In this document: positions 11,421-24,169 of the stretch, piece by piece
Layout of the letters: every line of letters starts with the position of its first letter
How positions within the stretch are numbered: position 1 is the first letter of the stretch
From: Phoronis australis
Taxonomy: Eukaryota; Animalia; Phoronida
Length of the DNA: 64,000 nucleotides
Direction: 5' to 3'
NCBI GenBank assembly: GCA_002633005.1
Contig: NMRA01000186.1
Location: forward strand, 475,479-539,478
Made by a program: the position numbers and the translations under genes
The notes under the pieces: generated by a model
The model's input: only the letters and a program-made list of their open reading frames with translations
What the model was told of the DNA's origin: nothing
The model's database searches: none

Positions 11421-12173
11421 GAATTTGCTAATCAAAGCCGAATGGTATAAGCAATTTCCACAGCCGTGCTCGCAGATTTTGGCGGGTATCCGGGGGAAAA
11501 TAGGAGATTAGGCATTCATAGTAAGATGCACATTTGCTCATTTCGAGTTACCCATAACGGTTCACGAGTTTAACTTGACCCCACCCAAAGTCGCTGAAAT
11601 ATTTGTTCCGTTATTGAGAGTATTTGAGTACTGTCTCTCGTTCATCCCAATAGCCTCGACAGCAGTGTTTTCCACATGAGTGAATTCCTCATAAACCAAC
11701 TCATAGTTACCATTTTCAAACGAGATACTGTTCTTGTGATACTTTGGGAAACAGTAACATAATTCTATGATTACATCATTTTTGGCCATAGTGATGATTA
11801 GAAAACGCACAATCTCTCATTTCACCACATGGATGTGACTTCGAATGGTAATCGACACTTGATGTCCTACTGTACATATCCTGATGATGTCTTATGACGT
11901 TGAGTTAACATGAACTTTTTTATTTGTGCGGCGATTGTCCGTTTTCTAATTATTCTAAAACTAACTATCGGAAACAGTCCTTTTGTGTAATTAACAAATA
12001 GGGGTCTTCACGTTCTTCAGAATTCCACCCTTTCGATTTCCTGTCAATCCCATTATATTCACATTTTTTGTTTGGATCGAATGTCTTGATACTGCTGTGC
12101 TGTGCACGAGTATTTGTGTTTTAAATTTATGAATTTGGAATCTCAACTTCCCTCGTGAATACTTGGCAGTGTC

Positions 12174-12281
12174 CATGGGCGTCGCACCAAAGGGGGCTGG
12201 TGAGCTATAGTCCCCACTTTTTTCGGTGCTGGACCGCCCATGGTCTATGGGCGGTGCATCACAGTGCCCGCGCTGCCCATG
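12174..12281. mobile_element. MITE with CATGGGC...GCCCATG termini and 5-bp TSD (GTGTC)
   Basis: Flanks read gtgtc|catgggcg ... ctgcccatg|gtgtc. Confidence 0.7.
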
Positions 12282-13364
12282 GTGTCGGATTTGCATGAAT
12301 AGCGGGACAAAGGGACATTTCCCTGAACTGCTCCACCGAGAAAGGGTAGCGTCTGAAATCGGTCACTTTAATTATGAAAGACTAAACATCATTAAGCTTG
12401 GAAAAGAGTGACAGTTCATTCCACCCTCGTGTGGTCACAAGACGGTGCAGAAAGTGACCCTCTTCAACATGGAAGTCATTTGCACGATTTCACAAAAAAA
12501 CAGGAAACTAGACGTAATCAAGTCCAACATTGGGCCCTCTATCAGTGAGCGGACCCTTAAGAATTTTTCAATAAAAACATAAAAGGGTAGCCACTTGAAT
12601 GTCATCAATGGCCTCCTTCAAAGGTGGGGCCTTCAACATGGAATAATCAATATTTGGAAAAATCAAGAAATATGCAGCAATTGGTGATATCAGTCAGGGA
12701 TTCAAGCGATAAACAATTCGAGAAAAAAAGCGACAGTTGCTTCCGTAACCCCTTCCCAGAGAGGGTTTTCTGGAAAAAATATGGTTTTGCAATCGCAAAA
12801 TTTTGACTTACTCAATTTAAAATTTAAGTAAATTATACGTTCCGCAAAATTTTCGTTTTACATTTTTTTTTCGATTTTTCGAAATATAATGTATGAATCA
12901 TTGCGTGCACGTTTTCAAGTACGTTTAGACGACCTGTGCAAAGCAGAGACTCCAGTAACAATATCCTGGCCAGGGTCCCCAAAGGTAAACCATGCACTGA
13001 TACAGAGTTGTTAAATATTTCTCTTGATTTTTCTCTTTTATCCGCATTTAGCAGTCTTTCTTTTTTCGACTGCCCCAGCCCAACGCGTATGTCGGTTGCC
13101 ACGGTTGAACCTTGACACCTGAAAATTTTTGGGGGGGCCTGTGTCCCCCCCGGTCCCCCCGCTTCCTACGGCCCTGCTTTATAGACAGAAAAATTCGACC
13201 AAGTTCAGCTGGCATCGGGTGTCACAGGGAAAAAGAGCTTGAACCATTTCAGCCGACATCAAGTGATACTGGGAAAAACGTATACCGATCCGTTCTGAAC
13301 ATCAAGCTGGCATAATACGATTTTTTTATTCCAAGATTTGGACAACTTAACGGGGTGTATACAC

Positions 13365-13597
13365 CATGCGCACACCCAGGGGCGAAATGGGCAAAATGTT
13401 CCGCGTCTGAGACACAAAAAGTCCGTGAAAATGAAACAAAAGTCCACCAAAAATCCACTGAACGAGCGCAAACACGCAACTTACAGTGGTGGCCCCGTTT
13501 TTTGTTTAGTCCGCCTGCATTTTTGTTACCAAATTACCAAAAGGTCCACAACGTCAGGAATTCGAGCCCCCCATATTGGAGGCTGGGTGCACGCATG
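13365..13597. mobile_element. MITE with 15-bp TIRs and 5-bp TSD (TACAC)
   Basis: Flanks read tacac|catgcgcacacccag ... ctgggtgcacgcatg|tacac. Internal aaagtccac/aaggtccac motifs are shared with 10370-10550 and 54615-54759. Confidence 0.75.
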
Positions 13598-16572
13598 TAC
13601 ACCGGTTAAATCTTCAGGTTCCTTTCGAAAATAGGTGTAAATGGGGTTTAACTAGTAAGAAATGACTCTGAAAGTGATATAAATCGAAAAAAGTTTTTAT
13701 TGTACTTTGTTTTTTAATTATCGTTTTTTTTTAATTTTAAAAAAATCCAGTTTTACCTCTAATTTACTTTCAAAATGCAGAGTGATTGTCATCAACTGTT
13801 TTCTTACGCAGTAGTCTACTTATTCAAGGCCAAATGTATGTACAAAATCCTGATCTTGATTTTGTGGCATTTTTTTGCGTGTGAGTCATGGCAAGTACGC
13901 CACTTTCTGTCATTTGGTCACTTTCCGTCTAATAACTAAAAATCAGGTCCATATATCAAAAAACCCTGGCACGCGATTTTACTTCAGTTCTAGAGGATTT
14001 CAAATTTGCAAATTTCGTAAAAATTGACCCACGTGTTGCGGAAAAATAGGTCCGAGAATCTTGTCACTACCCTGAAAACGCGCCGAGAAAAACGGCTTTG
14101 AAGTTAAGCGGTCATCGATTGCCACTTGAGGTCAAAATTCGTTCAGAATTCGCGGTCATTATGTTCCAATTTTTGTCAATGTACTAGAGATAAAGCTGAT
14201 ATTTACTTCATGTTTAGAAGATGTGACATACCTGTTTGTTTACAGCCTAATTTTAATCAGTTTGCGAACTTGTGAAGCACAACCGACGACCAAAACAAAT
14301 TATGGCTGTCCCGTGGGCGGAGCTTAGCGTTGATCTATCGTCTGCTGTTCTGGTGTGCCAACCTCACATCATTAAACCATATGATTAAACCATGTGCAGA
14401 CAATGGCCGTCGTCTCTCTGGATAGAGACGACCCGGTCATTGTCTAAACCATGTGTTGATTGTTTAGGCGACTCATCTGAACTCTCCACTCAGTGTGGTA
14501 AAAGACTCTTAACTATATGCTACATAGACCTATTATATGTCGTTACCGTCTCTTCATCAACCAACATATGTGTTGTATCAAATGGCCGCGTTACTGTCTA
14601 CACAATGATATTGGCGACGAGCATAATGAACTACATTCATCGTAATGGCTCAACCATGGACATGTTAATGGGTTCAACATTTTCACGTGCCTGTACCGCA
14701 AACATTTTGACCGAATGGACTTTGGGATAAGAAAATAGCACTTTCTGCGCAAATAGCGTCGCTTGGGTGAGATTCTCAAGTTACCTAAGTTTCCTACTAC
14801 AGTTTTGTTTTGTTGAACACTGAGTCATTTCTCTAATTCTTTGTGTTGCGACCGGCGGCAAGTCAAAATCCACTGAGTTTGGTAGCCTAGTTTCTCCACG
14901 GCGCGTTCCTAGCAGAGAAGCACGGTTTATCTCCAAAAACGCTACGCTGACGGCAAGTAGTTGTCTTCACAGCGCGTGCGTGCACTCTCATCGACATTCA
15001 GCGTCCCCGCCATTCCGACTTCTCTTGCACACGCACAATTTCTGCACTGACTCCTCAAGCTGAGTTCAGTGACGGCTTCTGTAGGACTTGGCGTACTCTA
15101 CCTAATCTTTTTGCAGATGGACAAACAGGCTCAGGCTTGGAACAGGAGTTCACCATTTCACCACCAACTTTCACACGGTCAAAAATAGAATTTTTTTATT
15201 CTTGGTCTCGCTACAACATCTATATCAGCTGGTACAGCACTCTCGATTGCCCGGTTACACAATGTTTGTTGACAGGAGATTAGAGCTAGTGTCCTTGTAT
15301 AAGCTCCGCCCCACTTGTCAGTCACTGAGCTGGTTAGCAGTCAAACCGTACGACTTACGGAAGCCTGGTGAAATATAATTAAAAAACAAATTTGGATTTT
15401 CAGAATGGTTTTATTTTTCTTCACTATACTGTGCATCAAGAATTAAAGATTAGGATGACATAAAAATGTAAAAAAACAATCAAAACTAATTTTTTGTGTA
15501 TCCACTATAAAACTAGCACATAGCATCAACTTCAAAAAATCAAAGTTGGAACCAAATATGCTGTTTTTGAAGGACTACCATAAAATTCACTGGCCTTTGA
15601 ACAAACTTGGTAAGCTTCTGCCTTACATTAGGCTTACAGGTATTGAATGATGCAGTGTGGAGTTATGCAGCTAAATGCTGCACAATACACGGGCATCACG
15701 ACCCACTTTGGTTCATCAGGAAGATGGCGGACCACTCCGCTCAACGAAAACCACGTGACTGATGTCAACTCTAGTTATATTTGCCGCATTGGGTAGAACG
15801 ATAATTTTTTCCAACACCGATAAATAACTTGGTTTACTCAAAGAGCGGTGCAGCTTTTGAAGACACTACTTCTGAGTCAGATTTTATCGTAGTCATCTTT
15901 ACCCACATCGGCGCGAAGCTGTAGATTTTGTATACAACTTTGCACCTAGTCTAGAACAGATTTTTCTGATCGGGAATTTTTGTCGCCAGTCCTTGTCGTG
16001 GATACGAGTTACTGATCCTGATAAAAATAGTGTGTGTTACCGTTAACAAGAGACTGTTGGAAAAGTAGCGTAATTGTTAGAAAGTCATTCAAATATGCAA
16101 CGAAAATCAAGTCGTATAATGGACATAGTCGTAAGCGTTACAAGTAGACGTGATGTCGTTGGAGACAAAAACGAACAACACAGATGGAACATTTTACTTT
16201 AAAGTAAAGGAAACATCACAAGATTTGGTCTTCGCAGGTTTACAAGTTGTTTCAAACTGATACACTACACTCTCGTCCCGTTTGTTCTCCACTGGCTGCT
16301 GACACATTCGTTCACATCAGCGACACGCTGCTTGTTGTCTCTGATGATTAGTTATCAAAATCGTCCCATACTTAATAATTTCCCAGTAAATTAAGTAGAA
16401 ATGATACAGACAATATGCATGCTTTCTCATGGATTTGTTCACAAGCTCCTGTGCCATCCCCACTTGGCTTCACCGTTTGTCAGCATCTCAAGAACCCCGT
16501 CGTCATCATTTGGCTTATCTTGAAAACAAAAAGAAACCATACAACCGTCACCAGCTGTTTGCTACGATAGCC

Positions 16573-16769
16573 CTCAGATAAGTAGTAAACATATGACCAC
16601 GCAGTTGTGGGGATTCCAAGGCGGTTCTGCTTAATCTTTTTTTTTCTCGCTACATAGAATATTTTGTTTTTGAAGTTCCCCCAGAATGAAGATAAGGTAT
16701 TTTGTTAGCGCATGTGAAATTTTGTAAAAAATGGCCAATCTTTGTGAATAAGGTTTCAGATAACCTTAA
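16573..16769 (-). mobile_element. End of a TTAA-flanked DNA transposon (Kolobok-like terminus); inverted copy of 28235-28430
   Basis: ~195 bp matches the reverse complement of 28235-28430, and both copies end at TTAA|GGTTATCT. Confidence 0.65.
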
Positions 16770-18342
16770 GTAATCAATTATCTAACTTATAAAATAACGA
16801 ATGAACTAATAACTAACAAGTTAGCTTACTGACTAATTAACTTAACATTGCTGAGCTAGCACGAAAAAAGCACAGTCATATACTTGCACTGAACGTATCC
16901 TTATCCACTTTTAATTCGGGTGTGGTTCCTCTCGAGGTCTTAAGTTCCGAACTGTCTCCGTTATCTGTGCACAGAACAGATCGGCATTTTAACAATAATT
17001 TGTGACAAAATTCGCATAGGTAAAAGGTCAAACTCAACAGTTGTTTTTGTGGTGCAAGGCGTGTTTATACATGTACTTCTTAACCCTACTGCTTTTACGT
17101 TATGTAGGACCCCGTAAAATATCGAAATTTGGTTCGGAACATCTCTCAGAAATGCCTGATTGATGAATTTTAAGTACTATGCTTTATGCACTATTCTCCA
17201 AAACTCTGTTAGGGCTTGTTTTGAAAATATCCCACTTTTGCTATCGAATAACAGACTTTAAATAGGATTTTCATGGAAAAATGTAAAGCTCAATAAAATG
17301 AAAACTGTAACACCGTTTTTAAGATCTCATCTTGGAACTTTTAGAATTCGATCATGTTATCGATACCGTCCGATCATGTTATCGATAGCGTTGTTTTGCT
17401 ATAAATGTACCTTTGTTTTTTGTAAAAAATTAGCATGGATGCGTCATCTAATTAATGTCGTGTTTCTAAAATGTCATAAACCAAAATTTTACAGACTTTC
17501 CACTTTCATGAAGTGTATACTTTTACTGACCTAAAATCTATGATATTGTAAATATTTGGCTAAGTACGCACATTTGTCAGAGAACCTGTAAATCCGTAAT
17601 GGTAGTGCTATGATAAGACTCAAAAACATCTATCCATACCCAGATGAAGGCTTGTTCATTAATATTCATGTAAATATATTTCATTTATTTCCCATTCCAC
17701 CGGTGCCATCTTTCGCTTCGCGATCCACTGTTCAAATCTCTCTGCTGTAGTTGTCTTCAAACAGCGGTTTGTGACATGTGCCAAGCAAATTTGATATGGG
17801 TTCAACCTTGTTAGGAAACCTTGGCAGACTTGCATATATCAAACAGTGGCATACGGGCGAGGAAAGTCATTTCCAAAATAAACTCCAACGCGGAATCAAA
17901 ACCGAAACACTCGTGTGGCTGCGCAACTTCGCAAAATGCGTTTTTCGACAGTAGAAAACGACCATACCACTGTAACGGGTGATTCCACGGTTGGGGGAGG
18001 TCTTTTTGCGCAAGATTGTTCAACGAAACCTCAACAAATTGGTGTACTATTACTGTGTTAACTTAAGAGTTGCATTAACATTCAAGGCTCAAAACTGTCT
18101 AATTTATTTAACCTTGAGAACAAAATTCCTATGGGTCTACGGTCCAGAGCAATGTACAAATTTATCTGTGCTGAATGTGATATAGTGATATAAGTGAAAC
18201 TGTTTGTAGTATTTTAATACCAACAAACCGAATTTCAGATCAAATTTTGCTGCTGTCATCATCTCCAAAGAGATGACGCAACATGTTAGGATTTGCGCGG
18301 AGAATTATGCAAGAAAATGAAGTTTATTAGATTGTTTTTCAT

Positions 18343-18665
18343 TTGAACGTCTCAAACGGGTAAGGATAGTGTTGGTTGACTCCCAGATTTTGCATGCACC
18401 CTGGTCGGCCTTTATCTCTGCATGTTGATGTAAGTTTCACGAGGTGATGAGCAGAACTACCGGGCTGTGTGAAGTCTGGGGGTCTAACGTAGAGAAGACT
18501 ATCGTCAAAATACAGCTTGGTATCACTGTGTGTTGAGCTCCGACGGACTTCGAAATTACACATACATGTACTGTTGTGCACCTCGCCATGAAACTTGTAT
18601 CAGATGTGCATGCAAAATCTGGGAGTCAATTGACACCCACCTTGCCAGTTAGTACAGCCGTTTAA
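18343..18665. mobile_element. MITE with ~65-bp imperfect TIRs
   Basis: Perfect 24-bp inverted core ttgactcccagattttgcatgcac (18376-18399 / 18606-18629). Pairing extends outward to ttgaacg / cgtttaa ends. Confidence 0.75.
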
Positions 18666-19132
18666 GTGAAAAACAGTCTAATAAACACCATTTCTTATTG
18701 ACCTAACTCACCATTGACAACTCCCCACCACGCGTCTTTCCACATAACAGGCTTTGCTACAGCGACAGACACAAAAACAAGATACACGAGACAAATTATC
18801 AAATTCGACATCGTTTTCGTATATTTGACTGACGAGATAATCTATTGTTGCATTCAAAAGAATAAAAAGCGCCACTGGTCAAGTAGGCTATCGGATGCCT
18901 TGCTTATATGGTTTTTCAATCACGTAGCGCTGTAAACACAAAAGTTTCCGATTTTGCCACTGTATTTACAGTAGTTACAATTTGGGAAGAAATTTAATCA
19001 CTAGAGGAACTTGGCTGTAAAGATTAAATAATTACAATCCATTAAGCGCCTCCGCCAAATCCCGGCGGTAGTTCAATTTCCTGTTCTGCACACCGGTTCC
19101 GCTTTAGATAATTAGAGAACAAAATTGTTTAC

Positions 19133-20014
19133 TGTATCATAATATCCACACAAAATGTCTGTAGTTTATGAGTGTATCCAGACATTACACGAACAGGGTA
19201 TGGAAACGATTTCGTGGCGGGGCCATTTAATTCAGAATTGATCCATGCACTACAATCTCGGGCTAGCAAACAATAAATATGCGGTACACTAAAATTCGAC
19301 ACCCAGTCCCCTATACTATAAAAATTCCACACACGCGCCGACCACACTTCATACATCGTGATCCTGTGTCCAAACTCAAAACCCGAACTGTGGCTTCTGA
19401 GTTTGGTCACCTGGTATGGAGTTTGTGTCCAGAGTAGGCTGACACTAAAGGACTAGTACTATATATAGGTATATAGGTTTTATTTTGCTGTTCTATTTGT
19501 TTGCTATAGCACTTGCTTGACGCGACTTATTGGATCAAGCCAGAAATGATGTCATTTGTTTTCAATGTAATCATACTAGAGACTCCAGAATGCTCCACGG
19601 TGTCGCGCTAGTGGTGACATAATTTCAGTACAAATAACATTCTAGAGGAACGGTCAAAGTTGTTCGCAAATAGAACCATAGTCTGGAACATTGTAGACAA
19701 ATATGTTTACCCTTCGATCTGGAAATCCGCAAAGTTCTAGAAAGTGCTTTTACTCACTGGTGAAACGTTCGGCAGAACATTGTAAGATACTGTAAATCAC
19801 CAAGGCACAGCTAAAGTGGGTTAGTTGAGTTAAAGTCGAAGTTGGTTATTTGAAGTTACAGTTAATTGTGTTGAAAGTTATGGAATCGGCAGTTAGTACG
19901 TTTGTCAATAGAGGACCAGCTGTAGAGTACCAGCGAGCCACTGATTCCAACAGCTGTCGGAAGTGAGGAGTTCATCCGACGTTTCGCCTCACTGGCTGCA
20001 GTATATAACACACA
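19133..20014 (+). mobile_element. Putative solo LTR (4-bp TSD, Gypsy-like)
   Basis: TGT...ACA termini are flanked by TTAC on both sides. Internal agaacattctag-like motifs repeat, there is a TATA-like run near 19460, and there is no coding remnant. A 4-bp TSD could be chance. Confidence 0.4.
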
Positions 20015-20931
20015 TTACGTCGGGCGTTTTGTTTGAGTAGACCTGTGAACATTGATAAAGTGATTAACTAGCACCAGCCTTCTTAATTAAAACTAAAAGC
20101 ACAGGACAATAACAACCAGGACCCACCCATCCACGGGGGAAACCTGGAAGTTTGTTCACCAGTTACTATACAAGGGGGAATTGATCAAACTTCAAAACCA
20201 CTTAATTGCCAAGACTTCAGCTGGCTGGTCTGCAAAACCGAAAAGCCGATGTTCTACCTTGGTGGTGGGCGTTGGCCGGTACCTCAAACACCCGATGGCC
20301 CAACCAAAACTTAACTGGTTGGCCGGGCCTAAAACGGGTTGGCCGGGCCTAAAACGGGTTGGCTAGTGCTCAAACACAATAGGCGAACAAATCGCCGATT
20401 TTGAACAAAGCAAACAAACGGGTACCGGTACGAAAAATAAACACTCACTAGATGTCACTTGAATCCTTGGAGCCACTTTCGAACGAATCTCTGCCGTCGG
20501 CCGTCGCTTTCGATCACCGGCCTACTGGTTGTAGCACCAGTGCATCGTATTTTGGGTCCCAGCCAACTAGTTCTTTGGGTGAAGCCATCGCGTTTTGAAG
20601 TCTGGACAACAGGTTTTATTACAGGCCATTTGGTTTTACAACTGTCCAGCCAACTGGTTTTGAAGTCCAACCAATTATTTATCCCACCCTCCTTGAAGTA
20701 CAGTGTATTGAGTATTGTTCGCGCGTATGGGATGTTATCAGAAGCGCGGCTTGGTAGTCTATACCACGCATTTGGCATTTACTGGCCCGCGACTGGAATT
20801 AAGGAGATCAAGGCTGGAATTTTGAAGCTCGGACATTTGCACTCTCTGATTAACAAGTCTGACCATCTGTTTTTGTTCGATTGGTTGTCTTCGATAAGAA
20901 CTTCTAGAGATGGAAGTTCGATAGATTTTAG

Positions 20932-21405
20932 TGATCCCTTAACTTTGGTGTATATGTACTGTGAAACATCACAATAATATTTAATGATCCCTTAACTTTG
21001 GTGTATATGAACTGCGAAACATCAGAATATTATTTAATGATCCCTTAACTTTGGTGTATATGAACTGTGAAACATCACAATATTATTTAATGATCCCTTA
21101 ACTTTGGTGTATATGAACTGTGAAACACCACAATATTATTTAATGATCCCTTAACTTTGGTGTATATGAACTGTGAAACATCACAATATTATTTAATGAT
21201 CCCTTAACTTTGGTGTATGTGAACTGTGAAACACCACAATATTATTTAATGATCCCTTAACTTTGGTGTATATGAACTGTGAAACATCACAATATTATTT
21301 AACGATCCCTTAACTTTGGTGTATATGAACTGTGAAACATCACAATATTATTTAATGATCCCTTAACTTTGGTGTATATGAACTGTGAAACATCACAATA
21401 TTATT
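20932..21405. repeat. Minisatellite, 53-bp unit, ~9 copies
   Basis: Unit tgatcccttaactttggtgtatatgaactgtgaaacatcacaatattatttaa recurs at 20932, 20985 ... 21356 with few substitutions and no spacers. Confidence 0.97.
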
Positions 21406-22044
21406 TTTCGAAACTCTTTTGTTTTTTATTGCAGGTAGTCTACTCTATAGCAAACTAACTTTCGGCCTAAGCTATATTTCCTTTACATGATGAAACGTGG
21501 GGCTAAGACCCGCACATGCTTGGCCACGGTGGGCCAAGGCCCCAACTGCTCAGTGCAGGCGTGATTTTGCATGGGTGACTTCAACAAACAAGTATTAGTC
21601 AGAATGACCGCGTGAGCGCCCGAGTCAGTAGATAAAGCTGCGGACGTGAGCGTCTTGATGAACAAGTAAAGCAAGATCTTCGCGTAAATATTAATTGTTT
21701 GGGTGGAAATTTCAGTTGCGCGGTTAGATCGAGCAATCGGCCATAGACGATCACACGCCGATTTTTCGAACACAAGACTATGCAACAAACTTGAAAAGTG
21801 ATTTTAGATGTCTCTAATTATTGAAGGGTATGATTATCAAAGTAACAAAAATACGAAGCGAGAAATAGTTTAAAATGAACATGAAAGATAAATGGCAAAG
21901 AGAAGTCGATTGAACTCATTAATGCCTTGAAAGGGGAATTAAATGATTGGATGAATGGGAAACTAATGCTTATTGGACCTAATACAGGGATTTGACATAG
22001 TGCCATAAATATCATTACTTAAAGAGTTATTACATCCCGCCTAA

Positions 22045-22535
22045 ATATTATCGTTAAAGGACAAGGCATGGGTTATAATATAGCAATCATTTAGGATATT
22101 ATTTCATATTTCTCATGGTCACGGTCAAATTGTATCTTTAGAATTTTTGAAAAGCATGAGATACAATAAAATAGGATTTTGTTTTTCGAACATTAAATAT
22201 TTTCAATTTTAGATATTTTTACAAGATGGGTGAAGATATTTTATACTAAACCAACTGCCTGTGTTGTCAATAATGACTACACTGCAGATTATTTTCCGAT
22301 AGAGAAAGGCAGGAGACAGGATGATTCATTTTCAGATCGATTATTTTGTTTAGCTGTTGAAAGTTATGTCTTACTGCACGCGAAAGTTAATAAAAAGGCA
22401 TACATTTTGAAAAAAAAAATGAAGTTTAAATTCTCCAGTATGTAGATAATACTACATGTACTTTATTTCTACATGATGATAATTCTGGTATAAATTGTCT
22501 AATGTTTAAAAATTTTGGCTTATTGTCTGGCCTAT
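22045..22535 (+). mobile_element. Decayed L1/Tx1-clade LINE reverse transcriptase fragment
   Basis: Translations WVKIFY...CVVNNDYTADYFPIEKGRRQDDSFSDRLFCLAVE (cf. RGVRQGDPLSPYLF), KILQYVDNTT (cf. QYADDTT) and FGLLSGL, interrupted by stops and frameshifts. Confidence 0.85.
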
Positions 22536-23598
22536 AATTACCTATCAAGAAGTGATCCAGGAACGAACTTAACCGTTCATAGTACTCACCGCAGCATTTC
22601 AAATATTGACGCGTCGAAGAGACAATAACATTTTCAATCATAATTCGACATCAAACTAACAACCTACCATTTTTATGGGAAAAGCCACATTTTCACGCTT
22701 TTCACGTACTACCACTAAGCGGGCTTATGTCCTATCAAATTATTTTCCCTTTCAGAAACACATGGTTTACTTTTTAAAAATATGTAGGTCATTGCTAGTA
22801 TTTTGGCCTTTTTTAGCTTATCTTCTGTAGCTCCCACCTACAAATTGGCTGGAAAAAACTGTGGGTACTAACGTCAGTATGGATGTCTCGCGCCAAGTAT
22901 TAAATACTTATGATTTTCAACTCAGTACCGTGTAAAAATCCGCTCAGTTGTTCACTCTGTTTATCTTCACCACGTGAATGCCGAGCTCGATGATGTTAAT
23001 AAGATAAAACTAATATTACGTTGGGGAACACTTTATTAAGACTGACAATCAAAAGTTATAATCAAATTTGGTTAATAACAAAGTATCCATATAGCGTCGT
23101 GAAAATAATATCGGAATATATCATGTCGGACGCAGACCAAAATGCTGCCGACCAGTCACAAACAGTCAATCTATCTTATTTCAACAAATCTAATTTTTCG
23201 TTTCAAAGGAATCTTAAGACACGCACTTGTTTTCATATGAACTGAAGTTGTAAATATTTGTACTGTTCAAGAAGTCACGATTTGTGTGCAGCACTTTTTC
23301 CGACACAAAATCAACCCCACCATTTCATGCCCTGTTCATGATGCGCCTCGACGTCGACTTTCGGCGTACCTATAAAATTAAAAAAGGCTATTATAGTGCA
23401 ATGTTCTTTTAGCAACACTGTGACACTGTTTCACTTGATTAGCAAAATTTGTTATTTTTTAATTTTGTCTGTGTTTACGGGACAGGGAGTGGGCCCTATA
23501 AATCTGGCACTACGTGGGTGTATACTTGTGCCGCTAAAAGCAAGAGTCGTGGGATTGGATTGTACAGCAGCTCGTTCATTGTTTAGTCACTTTATTGT

Positions 23599-23770
23599 TA
23601 GTGAACTAGACAACAAGGACGCTATTTCACTACTGAACCATCAATGTTTTGTCAATAGTGAACTAGACAACTAGGACGCTATTTCACTACTGAAGCACTA
23701 ATGTATTGTCAATAGTGAACTAGGCAACAAGGACGCTATTTCACTACTGAACCATCAATGTATTGTCAAT
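23599..23770. repeat. Tandem repeat, 57-bp unit, 3 copies
   Basis: tagtgaactagacaacaaggacgctatttcactactgaaccatcaatgt(a/t)ttgtcaa occurs three times. Confidence 0.95.
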
Positions 23771-23927
23771 ATAGTAAATACACTTACATTCCCATCGAGG
23801 AAGTTCAGGAAGGCAAACTCCAACCTCGTCCTTTCTCAGTTTTGATAGGAGTAATGGCCTGAAATTAGTTATAAATTGGTACCACTCATTTCAACAGTGT
23901 AGGTCGATGTCAGTTGAAATACCTATA

Positions 23928-24169
23928 GGGGCCTGTTTATAAACAGTGACTTAAGACTTAAGTCAGGAATTTGGTCTTATACTCCAACTTCACAATTGTT
24001 GAAGAAAGATTTGCCATTTAATTAGGAGTACCTCTTAACTTAGAAATAATTCATGCAAATTATATTTGTGAGCCATTGTTCTATAATCTTACAGGCTTGA
24101 TGCTGTTGCTAAAGTGAGATTTCACATTAGGAAAATATGTGGAGCGTAAGACCAACATTTTTGACTTAA
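23928..24169. mobile_element. MITE-like inverted-repeat element (GGGCC-type terminus, possibly PIF/Harbinger-like), right end missing
   Basis: ttaagtcaggaatttggtcttatactcca pairs with tggagcgtaagaccaacatttttgacttaa. The left end reads ggggcctgtttataaa. Confidence 0.5.

Noticed and set aside
14392-14730. 112-aa ORF
   Set aside because: No recognisable domain or convincing splice sites, and it lies within repeat-like DNA.
20459-20977. 172-aa ORF, the longest intergenic ORF
   Set aside because: Non-ATG start, no domain, and it runs through repeat-like sequence into the minisatellite.
20932-21405. 53-bp array as a CRISPR array
   Set aside because: Units are repeated end to end with no unique spacers, no cas genes are present, and the context is eukaryotic.
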